Below are positions 11,869-22,331 of a DNA stretch of 64,000 bases, one piece after another. Under the pieces are notes generated by a model. It was not told the DNA's origin, made no database searches, and saw nothing but the letters and a program-made list of their open reading frames with translations. Source of the DNA: Corallochytrium limacisporum Hawaii (Eukaryota > Protista > Pluriformea); contig PDIP01000260.1 of assembly GCA_002811645.1 (NCBI GenBank), positions 4,839 through 68,838 of the forward strand, in the 5' to 3' direction. A program made the position numbers and the translations under genes. Position 1 is the stretch's first letter. Every line of letters starts with the position of its first letter.

Positions 11869-12813
11869 TTACTTAGTTGGTGGCCGCAATCCAATGCTGT
11901 CCATAGACTTAGAGGCCTCCTCAAAACCTGTGCCAGACCTGAACCCACGTTTCTTCTCTGCAGGCTTAGGCACCTCGATGGGGCCATTGTCAAGGTACTC
12001 TTCGACCGCCTCGGCCATGTCCACGATAGAGTCCTTGCCAGAGGGAGGCAAAGATTCAGGGCTTAGACCAAAGTTCAGGCCCGCGCCATTGGTCTCGATC
12101 ACCTCTCGGATCTGGTCATCGTCCATTAGTTCGACAGCACGGCGCATCCACTCGCGTTCACCGAGAACGTACTTAATATTGCTTAGCGTCCGATTCACCT
12201 CGGGTAGACGCGATTGTCCAGCCCACCGGTTCTGCGCACGGTCTTCACCACCCGTGTTTGAGTAGTCAACACCGAGAGACATAGTCATGTGACGATTTCG
12301 CTCTTTCAGACACTCCCACCACAGACAGTGAAGCTCTTGGTATGTCTTATTGCGCAGCTCAGGAACGGTCCATGCACGACCGTGCTGCCCTGCCTTCTCG
12401 GACTTGAAAAAAAAGAATTGCGCGAGACCATCATGCTGTCCAGCCGCTGCGCTCATGTCGATCTTATCCCTTCCGCTGCTCTTGCGCACCCGACCGCGGG
12501 TTTCGTCTTTGAGAATGTTCAAGGCGGACTGGACCTCATGAGGAGCATCCTTGTTCATGGGCTTCGGGGGTCCGCGGCGGAAGTTTGGATTATTCGGATT
12601 TATCCGCAAATTCTTCGATTTGCGCCTGCCTACACTCCTGCCATTTGTAGTTGATCCTTCATTTGCCGTTCCATCTGCTGTTAATGTTGGTGGTACTTGT
12701 GTAGTTGTGGGTCCCTCAGTGGCGTAGGCTGCGAAGGGCCGATACAGGAGTCCACTGCGGACGCGCGGTGTCATGCTACTCCGCACCTGCAGGAGTGAGC
12801 GAAACAACGACAT
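11869..12813 (-). CDS. MRPL47: Mitochondrial ribosomal protein uL29m (L47)
   Basis: Arg/Ser-rich presequence; GRAWTVPELRNKTYQELHCLWWECLKERN; IKYVLGER. Confidence 0.9.
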   Translation of the reverse strand: MSLFRSLLQVRSSMTPRVRSGLLYRPFAAYATEGPTTTQVPPTLTADGTANEGSTTNGRSVGRRKSKNLRINPNNPNFRRGPPKPMNKDAPHEVQSALNILKDETRGRVRKSSGRDKIDMSAAAGQHDGLAQFFFFKSEKAGQHGRAWTVPELRNKTYQELHCLWWECLKERNRHMTMSLGVDYSNTGGEDRAQNRWAGQSRLPEVNRTLSNIKYVLGEREWMRRAVELMDDDQIREVIETNGAGLNFGLSPESLPPSGKDSIVDMAEAVEEYLDNGPIEVPKPAEKKRGFRSGTGFEEASKSMDSIGLRPPTK

Positions 12814-12827
12814 GGTTCTACACTATG

Positions 12828-12863
12828 TCTATCTATCTATCTATCTATCTCTCTATCTATCTC
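12828..12863. repeat. Imperfect (TCTA)n / (GATA)n microsatellite just upstream of the MRPL47 ATG
   Basis: tctatctatctatctatctatctctctatctatctc seen directly. Confidence 0.9.
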
Positions 12864-13268
12864 TTGATCGACTAATCTCCCGAAAGATTTTAGTAACCCA
12901 GTTCTTTATCACATTAGTGTGGTTCTACGAGACACGTCCTCAACCGGGCTAGTTTCATTCCATTGTACACTAGACACTTGCATACTACAAAACAGGAAAC
13001 GATGTATCTCTACTTGTCACTGAAAATACCCAAACACACTATCAATGTGTACTTGAATCTTAAAATCCAAAACTTCGAGCACAAAAAGCCACCACAAGGA
13101 TTTCTAGTGGATCTCATTGCTGTCGGAGGCCAGTCACCTCTGTGCTGCTAGGGTTCTCCAAGACCACTGCGGAGGGGGAGGGGGAGGGGGAGGGGCAGCT
13201 TAGGCCACGAGGGCAGGTAGGTGGGACGGACAGGGCCGGTGGCCAGGCACAGGAGAGCCAGGGCCACC

Positions 13269-13363
13269 CGCCCCCCCCCCCCGGGGGGGGGGCGCGTTAC
13301 TGTCCGTGGCGCGGGCCCCCCCCCCCCCCCCCCCCGGGGGGGGGGCGCGTTACTGTCCGTGGC
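13269..13363. repeat. Two Cn-G10 palindromes, each followed by the same 18-mer cgcgttactgtccgtggc (probable assembly duplication of one element)
   Basis: C12G10 at 13271-13292 and C20G10 at 13316-13345, with identical 3' flanks. Confidence 0.85.
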
Positions 13364-13449
13364 AATGGAATCTATCCATGGATGGCGTGTGCCGCCATTA
13401 CTATTGATAACTTATCCACTGCACTATCCGCAGTTCTCTCGGGACCATT

Positions 13450-16101
13450 TCAGCCTTCCGCCAGCAGTGCATTTAATTGACGCTGGACTTCGTTGAAGTC
13501 GCGTACAGCCTTCAGTGTGCGCATGATCCGCTTCTTAACCCGCTTCAGGTCGTGTTGGAAGAAGTGAAGGCCAGCGGTTCCAAGAATAACTAGTTCCTTG
13601 ACGCCGTCGCCACTCATGTCGATGTACGCTGTGGCCATGACGGGATCATTGAATTTCCGGAGCCAGATGATGCCGACTGTGAGGTCATCAGCGTAGCGTT
13701 TGCGGCCCGGCGACGGCATGCCTGTGATGCTAGATTCGTCCATAATCTTATAGATGAGAACATGTTTGCCGAAAGTGCTTATGATGATCTCGTTCTCGCC
13801 GTCCCAATCAACATCTGCGATCTCTATATGTACTACAGAATCGTAGCTTTCCGACTTGGGCAGAATGTAGCCTCGACTGAGGCCGAAATTGCCGCAGTCC
13901 GGAAACAGGACACATAGACCCACAGCACACCCGACGGCAAGGTGCAGATCCTGAGGAATATTCCGCTCAGATTCATTGTCTTCGTGGTCAGCGCCCTCAC
14001 GAGCACCGCCCTTGTGCACAGATAACCATTTGCCTTTCGGAGACAGTGTTTCTGATGATCCATCGCTGTTGCCAGTGCGATTGGTGTAGCCGTAAAAGAG
14101 TTTCAATGATGTGATGGCCGCATCGAGCTTTATGTGTTGATGCTCATAGTTGGCTGGGGCAGCAGCAACAGCGTCCTCCTCTGCAGCGGGTACCGCTGCA
14201 TTCTGCCCACTTCGATTCTTGTTACGATTCTTCTTTTTCCGCTTGGAGCGGCTCTTTCTCGTCATACCTGGTGTGCCAGACGGAGATGCCAGTAGCGAAG
14301 ATGGGTGGGACGGGTTCCGAGATGTTGGTTCCTTCATAGTCCGGAACACGTGCACCGCTCCGTCTTGGCATCCCACTGCAGTGAGGCGAATATTTTGGGC
14401 CTGCATGACGTCAATGTACGTGATCGGACTGCGTACTTCTGCCAGCTCTGGCAACACCAGTGTTGGCTTGACAGGAGTGAAATAGGAATTGCGTCGCTTG
14501 CTCTTTCGCAACAGCTTGACCTCCCCATCCGCCGAGGCTACAAACAGGTAGGTTTCTCCGCTTCCAACGATGTGAATGTGGTTGATGTGCAAAGGGCTCG
14601 ACTCACCAAGTGGGATGCATTGGCAGTCTGCCGTTATGTCGTCCAGGGATGTGCGGTGGAAGGGACTTGAAAGCTTGGCACCGTAGATGTTGACATAGTT
14701 GACCACTCCACCCACTTTAACCTGCTGTGCTTGCTTGCGCCAGGCAATAACAAGGATCAGACTCAAATCTGACTCCCGGAATCCATCAACCAAAAGAATC
14801 TCGGCATCAGCAGGAATGTATGCAAATGGAGTGTCTCGTGCCTTCCACAGGCCATTACGGCGATTTCCGCTGAGGTACATTTTGCCACTTGAAGCTCCAG
14901 TGAAGATCAAGTTGTTAGTCGGATCGAGGCCTTCCACCTTCACCAGACCATTACGTGCAGGTAAGGAATTGAATTGAATGAAATGGGCTTCATGGAGTGC
15001 AACCTCATCATCGTCATCGAAGTCCGACGCACCTGCGTCCAATTCATCCTCAGTGTCCGCATTGCGCAGCAGCCGCGGCCTTGTCTGATTACCAGGGATC
15101 TGCACCTGTCGCTGTTGGCGTTTTGGCTTGTTGGTCACGCTCCATCTAGCTCTCACCAACCGAGCTGGCGGTGTGGCATACGGCATGTACTGTCCAATAG
15201 AGTCCATGGGCAGGTCTGTCAGTCCAGACAGCTGAACGGACGATCGATTGCTGGATCTACCACTACCACCGTCTTGTTTCTGTACACTCGTGCCAGAGGA
15301 TACAGGAGTCATGTCAATCATTTCAGTCAGCGATTTCTTCTCAATCGTCGGCTTTTGCCATCCTCTGCTATTCATTTTTAGTAGATTGTGCTGCGAGCCG
15401 CTGTTGGACCACACCCCTGACAACTTCCCATCGGAATTTGCATCCGATCTATCCGATCCACCTGGTCTGTCTTTGGCTGGTGTAGCACCATCTGTTCCCA
15501 AAATGGTAGTCTCCTCTACGGCCACTACCGGCACTTCCGTCGATGAATCCGATGTACGCAATGGTTTGCTGTCGATTACCAGCCCGGGATCCAAAGGCCC
15601 TCCGTTCTGAGTTGCGGTCACTATGGCCGTACCGTACTTGCCCAGAAATGTCTGGAGAGTCATAATCTCTGGAGGAGGATGAAGAATGTCTGCGTATCCT
15701 AGCGCCTGACCCGCGTGGGCGCTAATATTCACACTTAGATCGGTGTGCAAGATACCGCTTGCTGTAGCAACCGTGGCTGGAGATCCCGAGTTGCGCGGGC
15801 TCTGGCTTCCGCTGCGAACAGGAGTGCCCGAAGAGCCGGTGTGAACCTGCTCTGACAACCCGGGCTGGTGACGAGAATTCCTGCGGCGTGGTGGTAGTTT
15901 CAGTGGCGCCGGTTTATTCCGCTCCTGCGGCCGAACCGTAGATGTCGTCGCATCGCTAGGGAGGATAGTATTTGTTTGGGTGCTTTCCAAATCTGTTGAT
16001 CGAGTACTTGCATAGCTGGGTTCATTTCCCAACTCCTTCTTCCCTTCCTTTTTGTCACGTTTAAAGGTACCAAAGGTGGACCGACCAAGGCGAATATTCA
16101 T
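13450..16101 (-). CDS. KPTN: Kaptin (KICSTOR subunit) with a ~370-aa low-complexity N-terminal extension
   Basis: YIPADAEIL, DSVVHIEIADVDWDGENEIIISTFGKHVLIYK and IDMSGDGVKELVILGTAGLHFFQHDL match KPTN FG-GAP-like blocks. Confidence 0.82.
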   Translation of the reverse strand: MNIRLGRSTFGTFKRDKKEGKKELGNEPSYASTRSTDLESTQTNTILPSDATTSTVRPQERNKPAPLKLPPRRRNSRHQPGLSEQVHTGSSGTPVRSGSQSPRNSGSPATVATASGILHTDLSVNISAHAGQALGYADILHPPPEIMTLQTFLGKYGTAIVTATQNGGPLDPGLVIDSKPLRTSDSSTEVPVVAVEETTILGTDGATPAKDRPGGSDRSDANSDGKLSGVWSNSGSQHNLLKMNSRGWQKPTIEKKSLTEMIDMTPVSSGTSVQKQDGGSGRSSNRSSVQLSGLTDLPMDSIGQYMPYATPPARLVRARWSVTNKPKRQQRQVQIPGNQTRPRLLRNADTEDELDAGASDFDDDDEVALHEAHFIQFNSLPARNGLVKVEGLDPTNNLIFTGASSGKMYLSGNRRNGLWKARDTPFAYIPADAEILLVDGFRESDLSLILVIAWRKQAQQVKVGGVVNYVNIYGAKLSSPFHRTSLDDITADCQCIPLGESSPLHINHIHIVGSGETYLFVASADGEVKLLRKSKRRNSYFTPVKPTLVLPELAEVRSPITYIDVMQAQNIRLTAVGCQDGAVHVFRTMKEPTSRNPSHPSSLLASPSGTPGMTRKSRSKRKKKNRNKNRSGQNAAVPAAEEDAVAAAPANYEHQHIKLDAAITSLKLFYGYTNRTGNSDGSSETLSPKGKWLSVHKGGAREGADHEDNESERNIPQDLHLAVGCAVGLCVLFPDCGNFGLSRGYILPKSESYDSVVHIEIADVDWDGENEIIISTFGKHVLIYKIMDESSITGMPSPGRKRYADDLTVGIIWLRKFNDPVMATAYIDMSGDGVKELVILGTAGLHFFQHDLKRVKKRIMRTLKAVRDFNEVQRQLNALLAEG

Positions 16102-16393
16102 CGTGGCTTAGTAGTACATGTTAAGTATGGCTGCCCTCAAGACGGAATGGTCCCCATGTCAACACAGTCGGCGAACAGTTTATCTTCTGCAGTGAAGCCT
16201 TGCATGATCCATTAAAAATTTCCCGTTCCAAATGAATTGATCACATGAATTGAATGAGAAACAAACGGTTTAAGTAGATCATACAGGCTCCAAAATAACG
16301 TACCAAGTACCTTTGCAGCATTCCTGCGACTGGCGGCTCTTCGTTCAGCCAACTATTGCGCAGGCGAAAGGAGAGGGGCCCTCCTTTGCGCGG

Positions 16394-16421
16394 CGCCCCT
16401 CCCCCCCGGGGGGAGGGGGCG
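16394..16421. repeat. Interrupted C/G palindrome CGCCCC-T-C7-G6-A-G5-CG
   Basis: Read directly; the T and A interruptions lie at mirror positions; about 295 bp upstream of the KPTN ATG. Confidence 0.9.
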
Positions 16422-16631
16422 AGGGTTTCCTCGGTTCGGGTTGAGGTGAACTGTGGAGCCGGAGTTTGCAGGGGTGCGGAGGCAGGCCACTGCGAGCTGG
16501 AAAGATTCGCGCTGAGTGCACAAAGCAGAATGTGCTCCATTCATTGAATTTGCTTCCTTAAGTCTGCAGAGACGTTCATGAGTTTCTAGCAACTACTATA
16601 ACTACAACTAGCTCTTTAATGGGGGATTTCC

Positions 16632-18038
16632 TTAGCGAGCCAGGCGCTGATGGAATCGATAAAGATCGAGCTTCGTAACTAGACCAAGGCACCAGCCATT
16701 GGCATCGGTCACAAAAGCCACAGCGTGGTTGTCCAGGAATTGTTCAACTTCCGCCAGCGGAGTGTCCGGCATGATGGGTCGGTATGTGGATGGCTTCTTA
16801 CCAAATCGGAGCATCACATCGCTGACCGACTTTTTGCTCTCGTCGTTAGATTCAATAGCCTCCTGAATCATGTTCCGTTGCACAATGCCAATCAAGCGCT
16901 TGCGATGGTTCAGTACCGGCAAATTGTCAAAATCGTGTTCCAGCATCAGTTCATATGCGTGCAGGACGGGGTCCGAAGGGAACGCTGTGACTGGGATCGG
17001 CATGCTCAGGTCCTCCACGGCCGCAAAATGGTACTTTTGGTTTAGATCTTGCTGCAATGCCTCTGGCATTGCACCGGACAATCTCTGCTCCGTGGAAGAG
17101 CCGGCGTCGGCTGAGGATGATGGAGGAGCCTCTTCTGCTGCCGTGGCAGAGGCAGCTTGGTTCGGGTCTGCAGCCGCCCTGACAAAGTCTCCATAGCCAA
17201 ATGAGGAATCCAGGAGACAGACGAGGTTCTTTTTACCCTTGCCATCACCACTGCCTGGGCTTCCGCTTATCAACTTCAGCGCAGCCATTGCTCCTCCGCT
17301 CTCAAGACCGACCAGCAGACCCTCGCCCGCGATCATGGCCATCATGGCTCCTTTGGCTTGCTGCTCACTGACAGTTGCAATCGATACGCTTGTGCGCGCA
17401 TCCGTGACCCGATGACTCTGTTCACGAACATCACTGATGATAATTTTGCCTGTTACTTGCAGATCGCACTTCTTCTGTTCCAGGAGGTAGGCAATCTCAG
17501 TTCCAATACCAAATGAGTCAGACGGAATCACAAAGGTGTCCACACCTGTACCCTGACCCTGCTGCTTCAGGGCGTCTGCGACTAAATTGAGTTGCTTTAT
17601 CAGGCACTGCCGGACACTATCATTGTTGGATACGACGGAATCGTCGATTATCACCGCATCTGGTACCTCAGCCTGAAGACGGCGTGGTAATCCTGCAGGG
17701 GTCATGGCGAGACCCTCCGAGATCTCCTGGCTTGCCCTGAAGATCTCACACCCGAGCACTTTGAATAGAGACGGCTTCATGCTCTGGTCACTCGCAGGCA
17801 TCATAAGGAGTACCCGAAGCTTCCTCCTCCGTGCTTCGGCAGCAAAGGCATACGCGGGATAGCCCGTGCCTTCGATAATGATTGCCTTTGCATGTTCCGG
17901 TAGATTGTCTAGCACCACACTCACCACCTCAGAGATCACTGCTGGAGCAGGAAATGACTGAAAGGCACAGTATCCAAAGACCGTGGACGAAATCCCTAGG
18001 ACCTGGCTGGCCGTTTGAACTTTGCGTACGACAGCCAT
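16632..18038 (-). CDS. Cystathionine beta-synthase-like protein: degenerate PLP fold-type II (PALP) domain plus C-terminal CBS pair; probably catalytically inactive
   Basis: AEARRRKLRVLLMMP...KVLGCEIFRA and EGLLVGLESGGAM align to CBS/cysteine synthase; the SVKDR lysine and GTGGT loop are absent; CBS pair from KYHFAAVEDL to LGLVTKLDL. Confidence 0.75.
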   Translation of the reverse strand: MAVVRKVQTASQVLGISSTVFGYCAFQSFPAPAVISEVVSVVLDNLPEHAKAIIIEGTGYPAYAFAAEARRRKLRVLLMMPASDQSMKPSLFKVLGCEIFRASQEISEGLAMTPAGLPRRLQAEVPDAVIIDDSVVSNNDSVRQCLIKQLNLVADALKQQGQGTGVDTFVIPSDSFGIGTEIAYLLEQKKCDLQVTGKIIISDVREQSHRVTDARTSVSIATVSEQQAKGAMMAMIAGEGLLVGLESGGAMAALKLISGSPGSGDGKGKKNLVCLLDSSFGYGDFVRAAADPNQAASATAAEEAPPSSSADAGSSTEQRLSGAMPEALQQDLNQKYHFAAVEDLSMPIPVTAFPSDPVLHAYELMLEHDFDNLPVLNHRKRLIGIVQRNMIQEAIESNDESKKSVSDVMLRFGKKPSTYRPIMPDTPLAEVEQFLDNHAVAFVTDANGWCLGLVTKLDLYRFHQRLAR

Positions 18039-18278
18039 TTGCTTCAATTCAGTGTTGGATAGGTCTACACACAAAACAAACCCACCGGTATTGTGACAAC
18101 ATTTAACAAGTCGTGGACGCTACGATTATCTTCTTGTCTTCATGTACCTTGTTTGGATCCTGGGCCATAAGCACACAATGTTCAAAGGCACAGTAACAAA
18201 CAGATCCCATCCCGCTTACCGTCAACGAATGTACACAACTTGAGCACTTCCTGGCCACCTCGCCCCGGGTCCCTGGGC

Positions 18279-18445
18279 GGGTGCAGGTCTGTAAAACAAT
18301 CCGCTCCCCCCCCCCCCCCGGGGGGGGGGGGCGGGGGGNNNNNNNNNNNNNNNNNNNNNNNNNNNNNNNNNNNNNNNNNNNNNNNNNGGGTGCAGGTCTG
18401 TAAAACAATCCGCTCCCCCCCCCCCCGGGAGGGGGGGTCGGGGGG
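18279..18445. other. Assembly gap (49 N, 18339-18387) at a C14-G12 palindrome, with the flanking sequence duplicated on both sides
   Basis: gggtgcaggtctgtaaaacaatccgct-Cn occurs at both 18279 and 18388. Confidence 0.9.
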
Positions 18446-18667
18446 ATCCCACGCAAGCGCTCCCTCCCCTCTGCGCAGACTTGGAGTCCGTAGCCTACAC
18501 AGGGTGCCCCACGGGCGGTCGGTGTTGCCATCCCTGATTCAACCCATGGTGGATGTACGGCCTCACAGTGGGAATTGAATACGTCCGGACACAAACAATA
18601 AACTAAGTTGGTCTTTATAGTGACTGGTTGATCAATGACATACTGGACAGTTGTTGATTCTCCAGTA

Positions 18668-21223
18668 TTAGAAGGGGTTCATGGTGATCTGCATGGCTTC
18701 ATTCAACCTGGGCAATATGTTGCTAATGAAGCGAGCTTTCTGTCCGGTAGGAGAGGAGCGGCGGCGGAAGCCACTGACCAGCAGACTGAGAGTCCATTCC
18801 ACAGCTTCCTTTGGCTGAAGGACATCCACACCAGGCCAGGCTGTGCTGAATTTCATTACCTGGTTGCCAACCATGTTGGTGTCCACCAAGGGAAGATGAA
18901 CATCAGAGATAAGAATATTTTCAAAGGCCGTCTCTGCACTGACCGAGTTGGAGAACATTTCCAGAGCGCTCTTGCTAGCAGCGTACGCGCCGAATCCCTT
19001 GGGAGCGGTCTCAGCCGATTCGGAATTGACATTGATAATCGCACCAAAGCGTTGCTTACGCATGTGAGGCAGTGCTTGCAGGGTTAGGCGCACCGGACCG
19101 TAATAGTTAACTGCCATCAGTCGCTCAAAGTCGTGGAATCGATCCACTTGATCCTTGACCGGACGCATAATGCTGCGTCCCGCATTGTTGAAAAGCATGT
19201 GGATGGTGCCATATTTGTCGATGGTTGCCTTGATGACGTTGTTACAGTCCTCCTCCTGAGTTACGTCGCATTTCACCACCAACACACGGTCGGGATCGTT
19301 ACCATTGACCTGGATCATCTCCTTCTCCAGGTCCTCCAGCTTGTCTACACTGCGGGCGCAGACAACAACAAGGGCTTTGGCTTTCGCCAAAGTCAGACTC
19401 AATTCCCGACCAATACCCGCGCTCGCACCGGTCACAATGCACACACGGTCGGCAACGTAATCCGGAAGAATGTCGCTCATCTTACCATTGGCCATGGAAT
19501 CACTATTCCAGAAGCTGGACCAAAGACCGTCCGCCACACGGCTGACATCAAAGGGCTTCAAGCCGAGGTCCTGAGGCCTTGCACCTGCAAATTGACACAC
19601 AGCACTGATAACCACAGCTGTGTTCGCATTACGTACCTGGACTTCGCTCTTCGGCCCCGCGTACATAACACCATGCTCGCGCAGGATGCCAAAGACGCTA
19701 TTGAGTACAATACGTGGGTCTCCAATTTCCAAAACCTGGTGGTATGGTACCATAGAGCTTTCGAGGTCATAGTTCAGTTCCATTGCTTGGTATGCTTTGG
19801 GGCTAAACACAGGGCCCTTTCCGGCAACAGAAACTGCTGTAAGGAAATCAGAGATCTTCACACCACTATCCTCCTCAATGGGGTTGACGTGCATGGCCTG
19901 GCTGTCTAGGTTACTCGCATGACTCAGCACCACAAGTTGTGCAGTGGCGTATTCAATGGTCATGGGATACATGGTACCGTCTACTGGAAGGGGCACTGTT
20001 GTACCGGCACCCAACAACTCGCGGTAGTAGTCCACAAAGTGAAACAGACTCCTTGCAGAGTTACCCGGATACATGTTACCCTTGCGATCGCACAGTACGA
20101 GACCAAGGCGGTAGATGCGGTAGCGCAGACCATCCACGCTCAGAACGGCTTTCTCCGCACCGTAGCTCTTTGCCCCAAGCCCTTCGGTGTATTTAGTATC
20201 GCGGACGCCCATGTCTACGGTCTCGGGGAATACTTCATGGCTGTCAATTGACTCCAGCACACCCAGGGACTGCTCACCGACGACGAGGTGAAAAGAGCAT
20301 CCAGCTTTGGCACACGCCTCAGCGATGGTCTTTACAGCAGCAACGTCAGTCTTCTCGGTGACGATGTAGTATAACGCACCATCCCTCTGAAGAGGAGAGT
20401 CAGATGGGAGTTCCTTGAGGGTTTCCACTTTCTCACCCATCATCTTCAGACCCTTTGAGATGGCAACATTGAACCATTCGTCGCTACCGTCGTCGGCGAG
20501 AATGTAGTGCATTGAGTATGACACACCACTGTCCGCCTTGTAGGTGAAGTCGGTGGCAAAGCGACCAACCTTCTTCGGAGCGTCACTCCCACCGGTCAGC
20601 TGTGCGTGGGCAAGGGTGATGTGTTTGATATATTCAACCATAGCTTCCTTCCGACCCAGTCCCCGATGTTTTTCCCAGCTCTCGCGCTGGGCCTTCTTCG
20701 TGCCCTTCAGTGTATCAATAGTTCCATCGTTCGGCGCATCCCCGGCCGTAACCTGTTTGAACAACCCGTAGCCCGTAAGCAGAATGTTTGCGCCATTGCG
20801 CAAGGTAGAGTAGGCGGTGCCTTCCGTTTTCATGAGACCTGAAGCCTCCTCGAAGCGGGCCTCGAGGTCGGCATCGTTGACAGTGGGATCAGGGCGAGCA
20901 GAGGCACTCGCCGCCGTGTCCTTCTTGGAACTACTGGAGTCACCATCACTCTCTCCAGAGATTTTCTTCACGTGTGCAATGTATTCACGCATAGCAGTCT
21001 CCTTGTCCATGTCTCCAAGGCGGATCCAGTACTCACGGCGGTCCCGTTTCTGTCCCTTAAGCTGATCTAAATCGTCGGTAGGTGCCTTACCAGCAGTTGC
21101 TTGCTTGTACAGTGCGTACATGGTCATCAGCTTCTCAACCGGATTGCGACCCGTGGCTACGGTCGGAGCGCAAGCATTGCCTTTCTTGACGTAGACCTCA
21201 AACTCGGCCTGCAGGTCTGACAT
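18668..21223 (-). CDS. Fusion: two acyl-CoA-binding (ACBP) domains, a degenerate extended-SDR domain and an Acr1-type classical SDR (fatty acyl-CoA reductase-like)
   Basis: ACBP motifs YALYKQATAG..W..AMREYI and YGLFKQVTAGD..W..AMVEYI; TGASAGIG, NNAGRSIMR, DRFHDFERLMAVNYYG, YAASK; middle region AEK..YRIYRLGLV. Confidence 0.85.
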   Translation of the reverse strand: MSDLQAEFEVYVKKGNACAPTVATGRNPVEKLMTMYALYKQATAGKAPTDDLDQLKGQKRDRREYWIRLGDMDKETAMREYIAHVKKISGESDGDSSSSKKDTAASASARPDPTVNDADLEARFEEASGLMKTEGTAYSTLRNGANILLTGYGLFKQVTAGDAPNDGTIDTLKGTKKAQRESWEKHRGLGRKEAMVEYIKHITLAHAQLTGGSDAPKKVGRFATDFTYKADSGVSYSMHYILADDGSDEWFNVAISKGLKMMGEKVETLKELPSDSPLQRDGALYYIVTEKTDVAAVKTIAEACAKAGCSFHLVVGEQSLGVLESIDSHEVFPETVDMGVRDTKYTEGLGAKSYGAEKAVLSVDGLRYRIYRLGLVLCDRKGNMYPGNSARSLFHFVDYYRELLGAGTTVPLPVDGTMYPMTIEYATAQLVVLSHASNLDSQAMHVNPIEEDSGVKISDFLTAVSVAGKGPVFSPKAYQAMELNYDLESSMVPYHQVLEIGDPRIVLNSVFGILREHGVMYAGPKSEVQVRNANTAVVISAVCQFAGARPQDLGLKPFDVSRVADGLWSSFWNSDSMANGKMSDILPDYVADRVCIVTGASAGIGRELSLTLAKAKALVVVCARSVDKLEDLEKEMIQVNGNDPDRVLVVKCDVTQEEDCNNVIKATIDKYGTIHMLFNNAGRSIMRPVKDQVDRFHDFERLMAVNYYGPVRLTLQALPHMRKQRFGAIINVNSESAETAPKGFGAYAASKSALEMFSNSVSAETAFENILISDVHLPLVDTNMVGNQVMKFSTAWPGVDVLQPKEAVEWTLSLLVSGFRRRSSPTGQKARFISNILPRLNEAMQITMNPF

Positions 21224-22331
21224 GATGCTATCTGTGGCGGTATTTGTCTTCCGTGCAGAGGGTTTATATGGAATCGTTTACTCTCAGAGGAAACGTCTCT
21301 GTGGGTCCCATCATCGAAATTAAGGCCCTCTAAATACCACAAATCCAAAGTCCATCCCCATGTGGAGTTTCTTCCCTGATCAGACCATCCAAAAAACAAA
21401 ACAAAGCCAAACGCAGACACTGGGTGCACTTCGGCAACCCGTCGAGCTCTCCGAGGTGCGCCTCCTGAACCCAATCACTCCCGTGGGGGTGCGGCAATTG
21501 GAAGGGCGGAAGCATATATAGCGCTTGATTCCTGCTAGAATCTCTGATCTCTGCGCAGTGAAAAGTGCGAGGGCAGTAGAAACTCTCCCCTGACCCACCG
21601 GACAAAGGGAAATGCCGGCAGTAGAGCAGTTTGGGGCAGGTTGAGACTTGTGAACGGGGGGCTCGGCTATCGCCCTGTTATTTTTTTTTTTTTCAGGAGG
21701 TGGGGGTGACCCGCTACAAAAGGGGACAAAGGGGGGAAAAATGGGGCGGGAGTGGGGGAGGATGAGTTGTGGTGGAAGAACGACCCGAACCATCCGGTGG
21801 GTTTGGCGTGGGGGGGGGGTGCAAATGGGATCTCTGGTGAACAAATCGCAATCAACAGTATTGACCCTTATTTTTTTTTGTAATTGTTGACTGCGCACTG
21901 AATATTGTTGCTATTCTTAGCCACAACCCGTAAGGTCCATTAGCTATGGGAACATGGTATCGCCAAAGTACCCCTCCCGTGAAAGGAGGCCTTCGGATCC
22001 GCAAAAAAACCCAACGGGTCCTTTCCGTTCACGTTTCTCATACCGGAGGTACGGAACGGATGAAAGTAGAATGAGGAGTGGCGCCACCCAAATTTGTTTT
22101 GCCCACAAAGAGAAAATTACCGTGCGGCGGTATTGGTAGTGAACGTACGGGGAGTCGTTGTTGTCATTTGGGAGTCTATTTATTCAGCTGATATCAGGTC
22201 AGCGTCACACGACGGCTCGAAAGGTCAAAGGTGCTGGGAGTTCACAATCAGACCATGATCATATGCCGCAAAACTCTCCTTAGAACTACTTTGTCTACCA
22301 TCGTAATATGAATAGCTAGTATATCCGATGT

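Noticed and set aside
13293-13363. Direct repeat of Cn-G10-cgcgttactgtccgtggc as a mobile element or real tandem duplication
   Set aside because: Same pattern as the duplicated flanks at the 18339-18387 gap; most simply a short-read assembly artefact at a hard-to-sequence palindrome.
18279-18445. Repeat flanking the N gap as a target-site duplication
   Set aside because: Both sides appear to be the same locus assembled twice; no element sequence is visible.
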